Shown here: in pieces, positions 53,774 through 64,000 of the stretch
Numbering within the stretch: the stretch's first letter is position 1
Layout of the letters: every line of letters begins with the position of its first letter
NCBI GenBank assembly: GCA_963789265.1
Contig: CAWBKB010000001.1
Span: 2,336,001 to 2,400,000 of the forward strand
DNA length: 64,000 nt
Direction: 5' to 3'
Source of the DNA: an uncultured delta proteobacterium
Lineage (GTDB): Bacteria > Desulfobacterota > Desulfomonilia > Desulfomonilales > Desulfomonilaceae
The notes under the pieces: generated by a model
Databases searched by the model: none
The model's input: only the letters and a program-made list of their open reading frames with translations
Told to the model about the DNA's origin: nothing
Program-made: the position numbers and the translations under genes

Positions 53774-53992
53774 TAATACGAATGCGCAGTCAAAGGGGTG
53801 ACAATACTGGGGCGGATATGGTGGGGCATCCCGCGCGGAATGCGGGACTGCCTGCCATACGTCACCCCGGACTCCGATCCGGGGTCCAATCTGGATGCCC
53901 GCGCACGCGGGCATGACGACAGGCAATCACGCCCGGGCGTGACTGTCCCACTGGGAACACGGTGTCACTTGTTTGAAAGCGCATCGGCATAA
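53774..53992. mobile_element. MITE family C copy carrying CGTC-type palindromes
   Basis: TAATACGAATGCGCAGTCAAAGGGGTGA ... TCACTTGTTTGAAAGCGCATCGGCATAA. Confidence 0.65.
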
Positions 53993-54060
53993 ATCCCCCT
54001 ACACAAGGGCGGGCCATGACGGCTAATCGGCCGTCTAGAGCGTTCACATCAAGGCCCTGC

Positions 54061-55320
54061 TCAGAAGCTGCGGAAGAGATTTCCTCCCAGTTCGATCCTT
54101 TCCCCGCCGCCGTTCATCATCATTAGCATGAGGCTCAGATACTCTCTGAGGTTGCGGGTCAGCAGGAAATTGGCTCTGACGAATTCCCTGGCGTTCAAAC
54201 CTATTTGGATTCCCTCGTGCGGATGGCTCAGCAAGTAACGGATACGTAACGCTGCCCCTTCAGGCGTACTCACCAGAAAACCGGTACGATGATTCGCCAA
54301 CTGCAGACGAATCCCTCCGGCATTCCCCCCGATAACCGGTTTCTGTTTCCACATAGCTTCGGTGACGGTCAAACCGAACCCTTCTTTTACTGATTTCTGG
54401 AGCACTACGGCCGCGGCACGCTGAAGAGCATTAATGATTATGTGGGCATCAGGGGGTAAGAGAAGGATGTGAATATCCTTGTCCTCAGCGCCTTCCGCGC
54501 GGACTTCGGCCAGGATCGACTCGCCTTCCGGATCGTCCGTGGCCCCACCACCAGCGAGGACGAGTTGCAAGGTGGGAGCGAAGGTCTTGGCCAACCGATA
54601 AGCTCGGATCACACCGACCGGATCCTTGAACCGATCGAAGCGAGACACTTGCAGCATCATCGGCCTTTCCGGATCCAAGCCGAACTGTTTCTGAGTTGCC
54701 AGCACCTGATCTTCTTGAAGATCCATGTTCTTGTCGCTAAGCGGATCTATGCTAGGTTGTATGAGATACTGCGTGTGAGGAAGGGGTTGAGCGAAATCAG
54801 GAAGCGAAAAAATACTGGCATCATAGTCCAGCACGAACTGGCGCAGATACCTCCAAACCGGACGGTATGGTCTGCTCAGATCTATATGGCATCGCCACAG
54901 CCACCTTCCCTTTCGGCCCGGACACAACCGCAGGAGCTGCAAAGGCTGCGGATCGTGTATAAAGACCACATCCGCCTCTTCGAGCAGCGGTCGAAGTTCT
55001 TCTGCATTTGCCTCATTAGTTGCTTCGTACGCCTTGAAAATGGAATCCGAAAGAGGAACCGACTTTCCCTGCAACGCATTGTGAAAGCTTTTGGTGCTAT
55101 GGAAAAAGTCTTCTTCTCCGCGGATCACTTCCCAGTGCACGTCGATCCCAAGCTCTCCCATTAGAGGCACAAGCTTGCTGAGCATTTCAGCCACACCACC
55201 CCCGACCCGGGTGGAATTCACATGCACTACCTTGATCCCTTTTAGGGGCTCTGCAAGCTGACGCAAATGAGAGATGACATGTTCTCCGGCAACAGGTGCG
55301 TAGTCGGAAATAGAAGTCAC
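54061..55320 (-). CDS. GT4 glycosyltransferase, TreT-like trehalose synthase
   Basis: HVNSTRVGGGVAE, HDPQP, WRCHID, SRFDRFKDP, EGFGLTVTEA; GTGA overlap with upstream gene. Confidence 0.88.
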   Translation of the reverse strand: MTSISDYAPVAGEHVISHLRQLAEPLKGIKVVHVNSTRVGGGVAEMLSKLVPLMGELGIDVHWEVIRGEEDFFHSTKSFHNALQGKSVPLSDSIFKAYEATNEANAEELRPLLEEADVVFIHDPQPLQLLRLCPGRKGRWLWRCHIDLSRPYRPVWRYLRQFVLDYDASIFSLPDFAQPLPHTQYLIQPSIDPLSDKNMDLQEDQVLATQKQFGLDPERPMMLQVSRFDRFKDPVGVIRAYRLAKTFAPTLQLVLAGGGATDDPEGESILAEVRAEGAEDKDIHILLLPPDAHIIINALQRAAAVVLQKSVKEGFGLTVTEAMWKQKPVIGGNAGGIRLQLANHRTGFLVSTPEGAALRIRYLLSHPHEGIQIGLNAREFVRANFLLTRNLREYLSLMLMMMNGGGERIELGGNLFRSF

Positions 55321-55994
55321 TGGGCGGCCCCCTCGAAAAAGGTAGCGAAAAGTTGCGTCAATTGATGACGCAACTCCGGTAGGCTCCTGAAATAGGGATC
55401 CACCGAGGCCAATTCCCTGCAAAGATCCGCATACTTCTCCTCGAAACCTATCAGCCAGGAGCGCAGATCGTCCATAGAATCCGCACTGCGCCTACGGGCG
55501 TCGATAAAATGATAAAATATGCTCCCAGCGGACATACGGCTTACGGCCGAAGCCAACTCCAATGGCTCCTCTATCCTCTTTTGAGTGTCAAAAACCAGGA
55601 TTTGGGAACGAACAAAATGGAACTCGTCGTCTGCCCGAGTCCAGCTAAGCCATTCGACCTCGTCCAGTCTTTCTTCCACCAGATCGACCAATTCCCCACG
55701 AAGGAATTCCAGATCCGGGTAATTGGTGGGATCCAAAATTGCCAGTCTTTCGGCCAGCGTGTCATCATGGAGCGAATAATGGACCCACCCGGCGAAATCG
55801 TTGTAGTACTCGGGATAAGCGAATTGCGGCCTTAGCAATCCGCCCCAAAAATGGTAGTAGATGCTTCCGGGATGAATTTTGAGCAGGTGGTCCCTCATTT
55901 CCCTCAGATTCTGGACTTTGTGTCCGAGTGCTATGGCGACCAGGGTACAGTCTTTTACTTCAAATGAACCAGGGGCCGCATTCTGTTCAGCCAT
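55317..55994 (-). CDS. DUF5752-like protein
   Basis: Tandem SIYYHF / SIFYHF repeats, NDFAGW; GGAGG RBS. Confidence 0.75.
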   Translation of the reverse strand: MAEQNAAPGSFEVKDCTLVAIALGHKVQNLREMRDHLLKIHPGSIYYHFWGGLLRPQFAYPEYYNDFAGWVHYSLHDDTLAERLAILDPTNYPDLEFLRGELVDLVEERLDEVEWLSWTRADDEFHFVRSQILVFDTQKRIEEPLELASAVSRMSAGSIFYHFIDARRRSADSMDDLRSWLIGFEEKYADLCRELASVDPYFRSLPELRHQLTQLFATFFEGAAQ

Positions 55995-56377
55995 TTCTCC
56001 TCCAACATTTTATGGCCTGCGGAACCGAAACTTCAGAGACGGCTTGGTCCGCTTATCCAGGCCGACCGCTAAAATGAACCGATTTGCAATTGAGAACAGC
56101 TTGCAACAAAACGTCTGCAACATCAATCCATTTTTCAAAGCATTTTATGCGCGTCTTCGATCAAAGCCGCAAGACCCGCGTTCTCTTTTCCTCGGATCTA
56201 ACGGAATTCGCCATCGTGAATTCTAATCCAGCTCACCCTCGGCTTCCTTTTTCGCACTTTTGGAGCTACGATAATCTATGACGAACTGCAAAATTCCCGA
56301 ATACTGAAACGGCTCTGCTATTGACGCTGAAGCGAAAACCCGTTGCCGTATGTGCATGAACTGCGGCGAGGCATGCA

Positions 56378-59300
56378 ATGAAGCTAACTATGGACAGTCA
56401 GTTGGATAAGCTGGCTCAGAGTGATTCCGCCACAAAGTGGGTTCTTTTGCCCGCGATGGTACTCATCCCTCTCCTCTGTATCGGCATTAACCGTTACTTC
56501 AGCAGCCACGCTCATTTCATCGATTTTGGCGATTACGTTGAAATCATAGTTCAAATGATCGTGCTTGGGGGAGCAGGCGTCTATGTTTCCCTCATGCTTG
56601 CGGACAGAGCGAAAATAATCCGAACACTGCAAGAGAGCGAGAGCCGATACCGCGCGCTGTTCGAGAGCGCGGGGGACTGTATTTATATTCTGGAGATGGA
56701 CGGAGACCGACCGGGCCAAATCGTTTCAGCCAATCCCGCGGCTGCTGCAATGCACGGATACACCGTAGAGGAACTGCTATCTCTCAACATTTCCGATCTA
56801 GGTACCCCAAAATCTGCCGCAAAGGACCAGGCCAGGATCGACCGTTTGTTAGAGGGCGAAGCATTGCGGGAGGAAGCCACGCATCGCAGAAAGGACGGAA
56901 CTGTCTTCCCAATTGAGATCAACGCCCGTCTGCTTGACCTCGCAGGCCATAAATATGTCCTTGCCATAGATCGGGACATAACGGAGCGCAAGGCTGCGGA
57001 AGCCGAAGTTCGTGCGAGCCGGGCCAAATTATCAAGTGCATTGAGTATGGCCCGCCTTGGACATTGGGAATATGACGTTGCAAAGGACTTGTTCACTTTC
57101 AACGATCACTTTTACGATATTTTTCGAACGACAGCGGAGAAAGTCGGTGGATACACTATGTCTTCGGCCGAATATGCCCGACGCTTTCTCCATCCTGACG
57201 ACAGGGCTGTGGTCGGGAATGAAATTAGGAAATCCATTGAAGCCACAGATCACGATTTGACCCGGCAATTGGAACACAGGATTATTTACGAGGATGGAGA
57301 GGTCGGCCATATTTCCGTGCGAATTTTCGTGGTCAAGGATGAACTTGGACGCACGGTTGGGGCTTATGGAGTAAATCAGGACATAACAGAGCGAAAACAT
57401 GCGGAGTCATTGCTCCAGCAGGCAGAGAACCGATACCGTCGCCTATTTGAAGATGCGCCCGTAATGTACGTCATCACGCGCAATGAACAGGGCGTACCTC
57501 TTATCAGCGACTGCAACGAGTTGTTCATGGGCTCTCTGGGTTACAAGCGAGAAGAGATAATCGGAAAACCTTTGGCGGATTTTTACTCTCCCGAGTCTCG
57601 TGAGGAAATGCTTCAACGAGGCGGGTACGCGCGGGCTCTTGCGGGAGAATTCTTCATCGGAGAGCGACAACTGCTCACCCGCGATGGGAGACTTATCCCG
57701 ACTCTGCTGCACACCGCAACTGAAATAGATCCCTCGGGAGATGTGATTGGCACCCGTGCCATGTTTGTGGATATAACCGAGCGCAAGGAAGCCGAGAAAC
57801 AGATCAAGCAAGCGGAAGAATTCCTGAATACCATAATAGACAACATCCCCATCCCTGTCTTCGCAAAATCCGCACAAGATGGGCAGTTCATTTTATGGAA
57901 TGAAGCAAGTGAGGCGCTCTTTGGCCTCACGAAAGAAGAGGTTATCGGCAAGACCGATTATGACTTCTTTCCCAAAGAACAGGCTGATTTCTTTCGTGAG
58001 AAGGATAGCGAAAGCTTTGTGTCGGGAGAGGTCATAGATATCTCAGAGGAACCGGTCCTTACCAAGAATTCGGGCACCAGGATGCTCCACACGCGAAAGG
58101 TACCCGTGTACGACAAGGAGAAACGACCTTCGTGTCTCTTGGCGATTTCTCAGGACATTACCGAACGTAAACAGGCTGAAGCAAAACTGGAGAGGGAGAA
58201 AGCGTTTTCCGATACGATTATCGACAGCCTACCCGGCATCTTCTATCTGATCGACGATACAGGTCGATTTGTGAGGTGGAATAATAACGCGGAGAAAGTT
58301 TCCGGTTACTCAGTCCAAGATATTTTGGGTACGCATGCTCTGAACTTCTTTCCGAGTGAAGAAAAAGCGATCGTCGGGAAGGCGATTGAAGATGTATTCG
58401 CAAAGGGGGAAAGTAGTGTAGAGGCCGCCTTTGTTGCAAAAAATGGGAACAAGATGCCGTATTACTTTACCGGCAAGCGAGTGATACTCGACGACAAGCC
58501 GTGCATCGCCGGAATGGGTATAGACATAGCTGAACGAAAGAAGGCTGAGGGGGCTTTAAAGGAGAGCGAAGTCCGATACAGAATGCTCTTCGAAAATATG
58601 GGCGACGCTGTGGCAATATACAGAGCAGTCGATGATGGCCAAGATTTCATTTTAACGGATTTCAACAAGACCGGTGCCAAGATTGAGCAAACGTCGAGAG
58701 AAGCAGTCATAGGCAAGAGCGTCCTGGAGGTGTTTCCAGGGGTAAAGGAGTTGGGCTTACTCGAAGTTTTACAACGGGTATGGCGAACTGGGGAGCCGGA
58801 GCATCATCCTGTGTCCATGTATAAAGATGAGAGAATTCAGGGATGGAGACAGAATTTTGTTTACAGGCTCCCCTCGGGCGAAGTTGTTGCCGTTTATACC
58901 GATGAAACCGAGCGCAGAAAGGCAGAGGAGGCTCTGAAGAGAAGCGAGCAACAATTGAGCCTTGCGTTAGAGGGTGCGGAACAGGGAATGTGGGACTGGA
59001 ATTTGAAGACCGGCCTGCCTATATGGGACGACCGCGCAATAGAGATGATGGGATACACGAAGGAAGAAGTTGAACCCAGCCTGGGATATTGGAAGCGGCA
59101 GGTTCACCCGGAGGATTGGCCAAGGATCTCAGAAGCTTTCAACAGGCATATCCAAGGCGGATCACCGTCTTACGAGGCGGAATATCGAGTTCGGACCAAG
59201 TCAGGCGAATGGAGATGGATTTTAGCGCGAGGCAAGGTGGTGGTGTACGATACAGACGGCAAGCCATTGCGTATGATGGGAACAAACCTGGACATTACTA

Positions 59301-60481
59301 AACGAAAGTCTGACGAGCAAGAGAGGGAACATCTGAGGGTCCAGCTCGCCCAATCTCAAAGGATGGAAGCAATTGGGACTTTGGCCGGAGGCATCGCCCA
59401 TGATTTTAACAACTTGCTTACTGTAATCCTAGGGTTCGCCGAGTTGCTGCTTGTGGGAAGAGATGAACGAGACCCGTCTTCTGCGGACCTTCAGAAAATA
59501 CGCGGAGCAGCCAGGAGCGGAGCCGATCTGGTTCGGAGCATACTTACATTCAGCAGGAAGTCGGAGATCAGTCCCCGCCCCCTCAACCTGAATCATGAAA
59601 TTGAGACGGTCAAGACTCTGTTGAGTCGAACGGTTCCCAAGATGATAGACATTTCATTAGTTTTGTCACCCGACTTAGCTAAGATCAATGCAGACCCAAC
59701 CCAGGTTGAGCAGGTTCTGATGAACTTGGCGGTAAATGCTAAAGATGCCATGCCGGATGGCGGCAAATTGACCATAGAGACTGCCAATGCGACCCTGGAT
59801 GACGAATATGGTGCAACGCACCTCGGAGCAAAGCCGGGCGATTATGCGCTGCTTTCCGTCTCGGATTCGGGTCACGGGATGGATCGGGAGACATTGCAGC
59901 ACATATTCGAGCCCTTTTACACGACCAAAGAGACCGGCCGGGGAACAGGTCTAGGACTGGCCATGGTGTACGGCATCGTTCAACAGAATCATGGATACAT
60001 CAGGTGCGATAGTGAACCCGGAGTGGGGACAACGTTCAAAATCTACCTGCCTGTTATTCCGATGGAAACGGAATCAGAGATTCGATCGGAGAAGCCGCCG
60101 GTGGCTCTGGGAACCGAGACCATTTTGATGGTGGATGACGAAGAGTTGGTAAGAGACCTGGGAAAAAGGATTCTCGAACGCTCCGGCTATACTGTGTTCA
60201 GCGCAGTCAATGGGAAAGATGCCCTGGACGTATACCAGGAAAAGGGCGACGAGATTTCTCTAGTGATTCTTGATCTCGTCATGCCGATAATGGGAGGAAA
60301 AGAGTGTGCCCAGGAGCTTCTGAAGCTCAATTCGCAGGTAAAGGTGCTTATTGCAAGCGGATATGCTTCCGGCGGAACCCTCAGTGATGCCGGCCAACTG
60401 GGTGCCAAGGGCTTCGTCAGGAAACCATATAATATTACGCAATTGCTCCAGTCCGTCCGGGAGATTTTGGACTCGGACTGA
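56378..60481 (+). CDS. Multi-PAS hybrid sensor histidine kinase / response regulator
   Basis: Two TM helices, repeated DITERK PAS-PAC ends, HDFNNLL, NAKDAM, GTGLGL, VDDE / LDLVMP receiver. Confidence 0.95.
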   Translation: MKLTMDSQLDKLAQSDSATKWVLLPAMVLIPLLCIGINRYFSSHAHFIDFGDYVEIIVQMIVLGGAGVYVSLMLADRAKIIRTLQESESRYRALFESAGDCIYILEMDGDRPGQIVSANPAAAAMHGYTVEELLSLNISDLGTPKSAAKDQARIDRLLEGEALREEATHRRKDGTVFPIEINARLLDLAGHKYVLAIDRDITERKAAEAEVRASRAKLSSALSMARLGHWEYDVAKDLFTFNDHFYDIFRTTAEKVGGYTMSSAEYARRFLHPDDRAVVGNEIRKSIEATDHDLTRQLEHRIIYEDGEVGHISVRIFVVKDELGRTVGAYGVNQDITERKHAESLLQQAENRYRRLFEDAPVMYVITRNEQGVPLISDCNELFMGSLGYKREEIIGKPLADFYSPESREEMLQRGGYARALAGEFFIGERQLLTRDGRLIPTLLHTATEIDPSGDVIGTRAMFVDITERKEAEKQIKQAEEFLNTIIDNIPIPVFAKSAQDGQFILWNEASEALFGLTKEEVIGKTDYDFFPKEQADFFREKDSESFVSGEVIDISEEPVLTKNSGTRMLHTRKVPVYDKEKRPSCLLAISQDITERKQAEAKLEREKAFSDTIIDSLPGIFYLIDDTGRFVRWNNNAEKVSGYSVQDILGTHALNFFPSEEKAIVGKAIEDVFAKGESSVEAAFVAKNGNKMPYYFTGKRVILDDKPCIAGMGIDIAERKKAEGALKESEVRYRMLFENMGDAVAIYRAVDDGQDFILTDFNKTGAKIEQTSREAVIGKSVLEVFPGVKELGLLEVLQRVWRTGEPEHHPVSMYKDERIQGWRQNFVYRLPSGEVVAVYTDETERRKAEEALKRSEQQLSLALEGAEQGMWDWNLKTGLPIWDDRAIEMMGYTKEEVEPSLGYWKRQVHPEDWPRISEAFNRHIQGGSPSYEAEYRVRTKSGEWRWILARGKVVVYDTDGKPLRMMGTNLDITKRKSDEQEREHLRVQLAQSQRMEAIGTLAGGIAHDFNNLLTVILGFAELLLVGRDERDPSSADLQKIRGAARSGADLVRSILTFSRKSEISPRPLNLNHEIETVKTLLSRTVPKMIDISLVLSPDLAKINADPTQVEQVLMNLAVNAKDAMPDGGKLTIETANATLDDEYGATHLGAKPGDYALLSVSDSGHGMDRETLQHIFEPFYTTKETGRGTGLGLAMVYGIVQQNHGYIRCDSEPGVGTTFKIYLPVIPMETESEIRSEKPPVALGTETILMVDDEELVRDLGKRILERSGYTVFSAVNGKDALDVYQEKGDEISLVILDLVMPIMGGKECAQELLKLNSQVKVLIASGYASGGTLSDAGQLGAKGFVRKPYNITQLLQSVREILDSD

Positions 60482-60564
60482 CAACCTATGATTTCCGCAC
60501 AGTATGCGGGCCTGCGCTCTTTCCTTTGGCGGGATGGTAATCAGAGCTCAATATGTTGGGGACA

Positions 60565-60680
60565 GTGGGGCGGACTTTCCAGTCCGCCAAATCTGGGACA
60601 AAATACCGCAGACTGGAAAGTCTGCGCCACTAGCTTGGACTGTTGGAATTGCTCCTGTCTGTGGGGCGGACTTTCCAGCG
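60565..60680. repeat. REP-like palindrome cluster
   Basis: GTGGGGCGGACTTTCCAG twice and inverted GCAGACTGGAAAGTCTGCGCCAC. Confidence 0.65.
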
Positions 60681-60785
60681 GCGTGAGCATGTGGTAAATT
60701 GATTTGATAAGTGGCTGCCATCACCCCCCAGGAAAGTGTGTCGGATTCCCAACAGCCACGCTGTGCCAACTATTAGGAAGCAAGT

Positions 60786-63149
60786 ATGCCATCAAAGGAT
60801 AAGCTGGATCTTTCGAGTAGCAACTTCTTAGACGCACTCGTCGATCATCGCCGCCTGCTCGTCGCCCTTATCATTCTGATCACCGCCGTATTGTCAGTGT
60901 TTGTTCCTCGAATGGACACTGATCCAACGCTAAAGTCCGGCGTGGATTGCACGTCTCCCGCGTATTGCCAGTACACAAAGTTTATTGAGATATTCGGAAA
61001 TGAGGAGTTCATTCTGGTTGCGATTCACGGCAACCTGGAGACCGTAGATTCTCGCCTACTAACAGGCTTACAAGCAATAACGCGAACGCTGGAAAATAAC
61101 GATCAGATCGCCGAGGTCATAAGCCTCTCGAACCTGAAGCTTTTTCAGGCCAGGGGCAAACTCTTCGGCAACTACCCTGTCGTTCCGGTCAGTGCGGGCA
61201 AACCTCATTTGCCGGACCCTACGCAACTCCGGACCATGAAAAGAGCCCTCCCGATAACCGATCTTCTTTTGTCCTCAGATCTTAAGACGGTGGGGGTGCT
61301 GGTCCGAGTTGGGGAAAAATGGAAGTTTGACACCGCAGCGATAAAGCAGGTGGTCAGTGACATTGGCGAGGTGGTGAGAAGCAATATCCCGGCAGGTTTC
61401 GAGTACCGAATAATTGGAGCTCCTCTTATTCGCCAGGCCATTGTCCGGTACAATATTCAGACCGGGATTGTTTTCGGAATTCTATGTATGCTCATCGGCA
61501 CCGTAGTTTCCGTCTACGTTTTCAAGAGCATCAAAGTCACTGCCATTACTAATGTGATCCTGGGTGTGTGCATCGTTTGGGTGCTCGGGCTGATGTCTCT
61601 TTTCCGGATCCCTCTGAATTCCACCACGGCCCTGTCTTTCGGCTTCATTCCCATAACTACCTTGGAGATCGTTATTCACATGGTGGTTCGGTACCACCAG
61701 TTTCACCAGTCAGCCAAAGAGAAGATACCTGCCATTAAACTCGCCGTACGCTGGTTGGCCCGACCCTGTCTTATCTGCTCGGCGACCACTGCCGTGGGAT
61801 TCGGGACTTTGATGGTCAGCTCAATTCCAATGGTTCGGCAGTTGGGATTCATTATGTCCCTGGGAATAATGATTTCTTATTGCCTGGCCATGGTCTTAAC
61901 ACCCGCCTTCTTCAGCATCATGAAATCTCTTGATAATCCGGAACCTTCCGGCGTGTTGGGAGATTGGGCGGACGCCGTCCTCGAAAAGATCGAAAAAGCC
62001 ATCTTTCGCTATCACCGAATGTTTGTGGGCGTAGGAATTGTTGTCACTGTCGCACTGTTTGTCGGCACTCCTATGATTCGTAGCGATCCCCAAATCTTGC
62101 GCATGCTAAGCGATTCCACCCCAGTGGTTCGGAATATAAACTTCGTAGAGAAAAAGCTCTCGCCGGTAAATTCGGTGGAGCTGATGCTGGAAGCCAAACA
62201 GGGAACGTTCAAAAAGCCCGCGATATGGAAGAAAGTAAGGGAATTACAGGAACGACTCCGTGGGATACACGAAGTAGTGGACACTGATTCCTTCCTCCCG
62301 TTGCTGGAGTATCTGAACAACGTAGTCGAAGGATCAAGCAAGCCTCGAAGGGATTTATTTAATGATCCCGGCCTAATACCACAATTGATCGTCCTTACTT
62401 CGCTCAGCTCCGATGGGCAACGGATTACCCGGAGGTACCTGAATTCCGAATTTGACAGGTTACATATTTCTGTCCGCATCAAGAATTCTCCATCGGTTCC
62501 CATTGAGAAGACTATCGAAAGAGTTCGCGCCACAGCGGATTCGGTCATGAAAGGTGTTGCAAAAGTCGCTGTTACCGGAGATCTTGCCGTAGTAGCCCAG
62601 CAGGCGTCCAATCTCATTTGCGATCAGATCCGTTCAATGCTTCTAGCGGCGGTGATCATCGCGGTGCTGATGATGATTCAGATGAATTCCCCTCTCCTGG
62701 GTCTGATATGCCTGCTTCCCAATATTCCGCCGGTGGCCGCGGTTTTCGGAATCATGGGTTGGTTCGGGATTTCTCTGGACAGTATAACAGTTTTCGCTGC
62801 CACTCTTGCCATCGGCCTTGCCGTGGACAACACAATTCATTATTTGACCCAGTTAAAGCGAGAGATAAAATTGAACCCGGACCAGGGAATGGAAGAGTGC
62901 GTCCGCAAGGCGTACCGGCTTACTGCCAAACAGATTGCATCATGGTCGGCAGTCACGCTGTTCGGCTTTCTGGCCCTGGCGGTCTCGCCGTTTCGGCCGG
63001 TGGTATTTTTCGGCATTCTAGGATGCTCTTCCATTTTGTTGGGGATGTTCGGGGACCTGATTTTCATGCAGTCTCTGATTCTGTCATCCGCGACGATCAG
63101 GAACACTATCAGAAAACTGATTGACAAGGAGATCGCGGCTCAGGCCTGA
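60786..63149 (+). CDS. MMPL / RND-superfamily exporter
   Basis: Duplicated TM architecture, TTAVGFGTL, GLAVDNTIH. Confidence 0.88.
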   Translation: MPSKDKLDLSSSNFLDALVDHRRLLVALIILITAVLSVFVPRMDTDPTLKSGVDCTSPAYCQYTKFIEIFGNEEFILVAIHGNLETVDSRLLTGLQAITRTLENNDQIAEVISLSNLKLFQARGKLFGNYPVVPVSAGKPHLPDPTQLRTMKRALPITDLLLSSDLKTVGVLVRVGEKWKFDTAAIKQVVSDIGEVVRSNIPAGFEYRIIGAPLIRQAIVRYNIQTGIVFGILCMLIGTVVSVYVFKSIKVTAITNVILGVCIVWVLGLMSLFRIPLNSTTALSFGFIPITTLEIVIHMVVRYHQFHQSAKEKIPAIKLAVRWLARPCLICSATTAVGFGTLMVSSIPMVRQLGFIMSLGIMISYCLAMVLTPAFFSIMKSLDNPEPSGVLGDWADAVLEKIEKAIFRYHRMFVGVGIVVTVALFVGTPMIRSDPQILRMLSDSTPVVRNINFVEKKLSPVNSVELMLEAKQGTFKKPAIWKKVRELQERLRGIHEVVDTDSFLPLLEYLNNVVEGSSKPRRDLFNDPGLIPQLIVLTSLSSDGQRITRRYLNSEFDRLHISVRIKNSPSVPIEKTIERVRATADSVMKGVAKVAVTGDLAVVAQQASNLICDQIRSMLLAAVIIAVLMMIQMNSPLLGLICLLPNIPPVAAVFGIMGWFGISLDSITVFAATLAIGLAVDNTIHYLTQLKREIKLNPDQGMEECVRKAYRLTAKQIASWSAVTLFGFLALAVSPFRPVVFFGILGCSSILLGMFGDLIFMQSLILSSATIRNTIRKLIDKEIAAQA

Positions 63150-63228
63150 GTGATCCACCCTGCCCCTCCAACTTCGCATCGGGTGTTCTTTCGGGCCATT
63201 ATTCTATAATTGATGGAAGACGGGTCGT

Positions 63229-64000
63229 ATGAAGATTTCCAGTTTGTTGAACTGTATTGCCATAGCCGCAAATTTCCTTGATGAGAACCAGATTTATAAC
63301 GGAGGGTTTCGATGCTACATGGCAAATAACGAGGCATTGCAAGCGAGGAACGCTCTTGTCGATAGCTGTACATTCTACACAAGCTGCATCTTGTATTCGC
63401 TGAGCTTCCTTAATAACCCTGAACTCACGCCCCTGAAACGTACCGCCGCAGAGTTCTTGATCAAAGAGATGAGGCCGCCGGGTGTGTGGAAGTACTTCTC
63501 ATCCGGCAATCCGACTCCCGTAGATCCCGACCTGGATGACATCGCATGCGCCTCATTTGTGCTTAGAGGCATCCATCCTGACATCAGAGCAGGACGAAAC
63601 ATTGACGTCATCCTCGGCAATAGAAATCAGGACGGTCTGTTTTTCACTTGGCTGCGAAAAAAGGATGAGGAGAACGACATTGATTCAGTCGTTAACGCCA
63701 ACGTTCTGTTGTACTTGGGTGACAGAGAAGAAACCAGGACCGTTTCAGACTACTTGAATGCTGTAATCGCGGAGTGCCGAGAGGCGGAAAGCTACTATTA
63801 CTACTTGGACGACATTGCACTCTACTATGCTTTGTCGCGAGCTTACTTCAACGAAGTGATCAGCCTCGAACCCACCAAGAAACCTGTCATATCGCGAATC
63901 TTAGCCAGACAGCGTGGGGACGGCTCCTTCGGAAGTGAACTCTTAACCGCTCTTGCCGTTAGCAGTCTGCTTAATTACTCTTGCGACGACCTCGACGTGC
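63229..64000 (+). CDS. Class II terpene cyclase / prenyltransferase-repeat-like protein, 3' truncated by window
   Basis: Open frame from ATG 63229 to window end; FLDENQIYNGGF, DPDLDDIAC, DSVVNANVL, ILARQRGDGSFG. Confidence 0.7.
   Translation, partial: MKISSLLNCIAIAANFLDENQIYNGGFRCYMANNEALQARNALVDSCTFYTSCILYSLSFLNNPELTPLKRTAAEFLIKEMRPPGVWKYFSSGNPTPVDPDLDDIACASFVLRGIHPDIRAGRNIDVILGNRNQDGLFFTWLRKKDEENDIDSVVNANVLLYLGDREETRTVSDYLNAVIAECREAESYYYYLDDIALYYALSRAYFNEVISLEPTKKPVISRILARQRGDGSFGSELLTALAVSSLLNYSCDDLDV

Overview
Bacterial genomic window, probably from a sulfate/sulfite-reducing Desulfobacterota (Desulfomonile-like; inferred from dsrTMKJOP and gene content). Layout: (1) 0.5-17.5 kb mixed signalling, metabolic and RND efflux genes; (2) 17.5-37.9 kb an all-minus-strand arsenic/thiol-redox island with ArsC, Acr3, two ArsR regulators, a MacB-type ABC system with Cys-pair-rich partners, CcdA/thioredoxins and an ArsR-headed lipoate module (thioredoxin-like, GcvH-like, two DGC proteins, OsmC, LpdA, LipA, lipoyl ligase) without any glycine-cleavage P/T or 2-oxoacid E1/E2 gene, followed by a UGA-containing UxxC selenoprotein with a SECIS-like hairpin that the ORF track misses; (3) 40.2-45.8 kb dsrTMKJOP behind a long structured leader; (4) 46-56 kb trehalose/alpha-glucan cluster; (5) a PAS hybrid kinase, an MMPL transporter and a truncated DxDD class II terpene-cyclase-like ORF. 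Intergenic regions hold several families of MITE/REP-like elements, some nested. At least eight genes carry 1-2 nt indels that look like long-read errors. No rRNA, tRNA or CRISPR array was seen. All calls come from reading motifs by eye; no searches were run.
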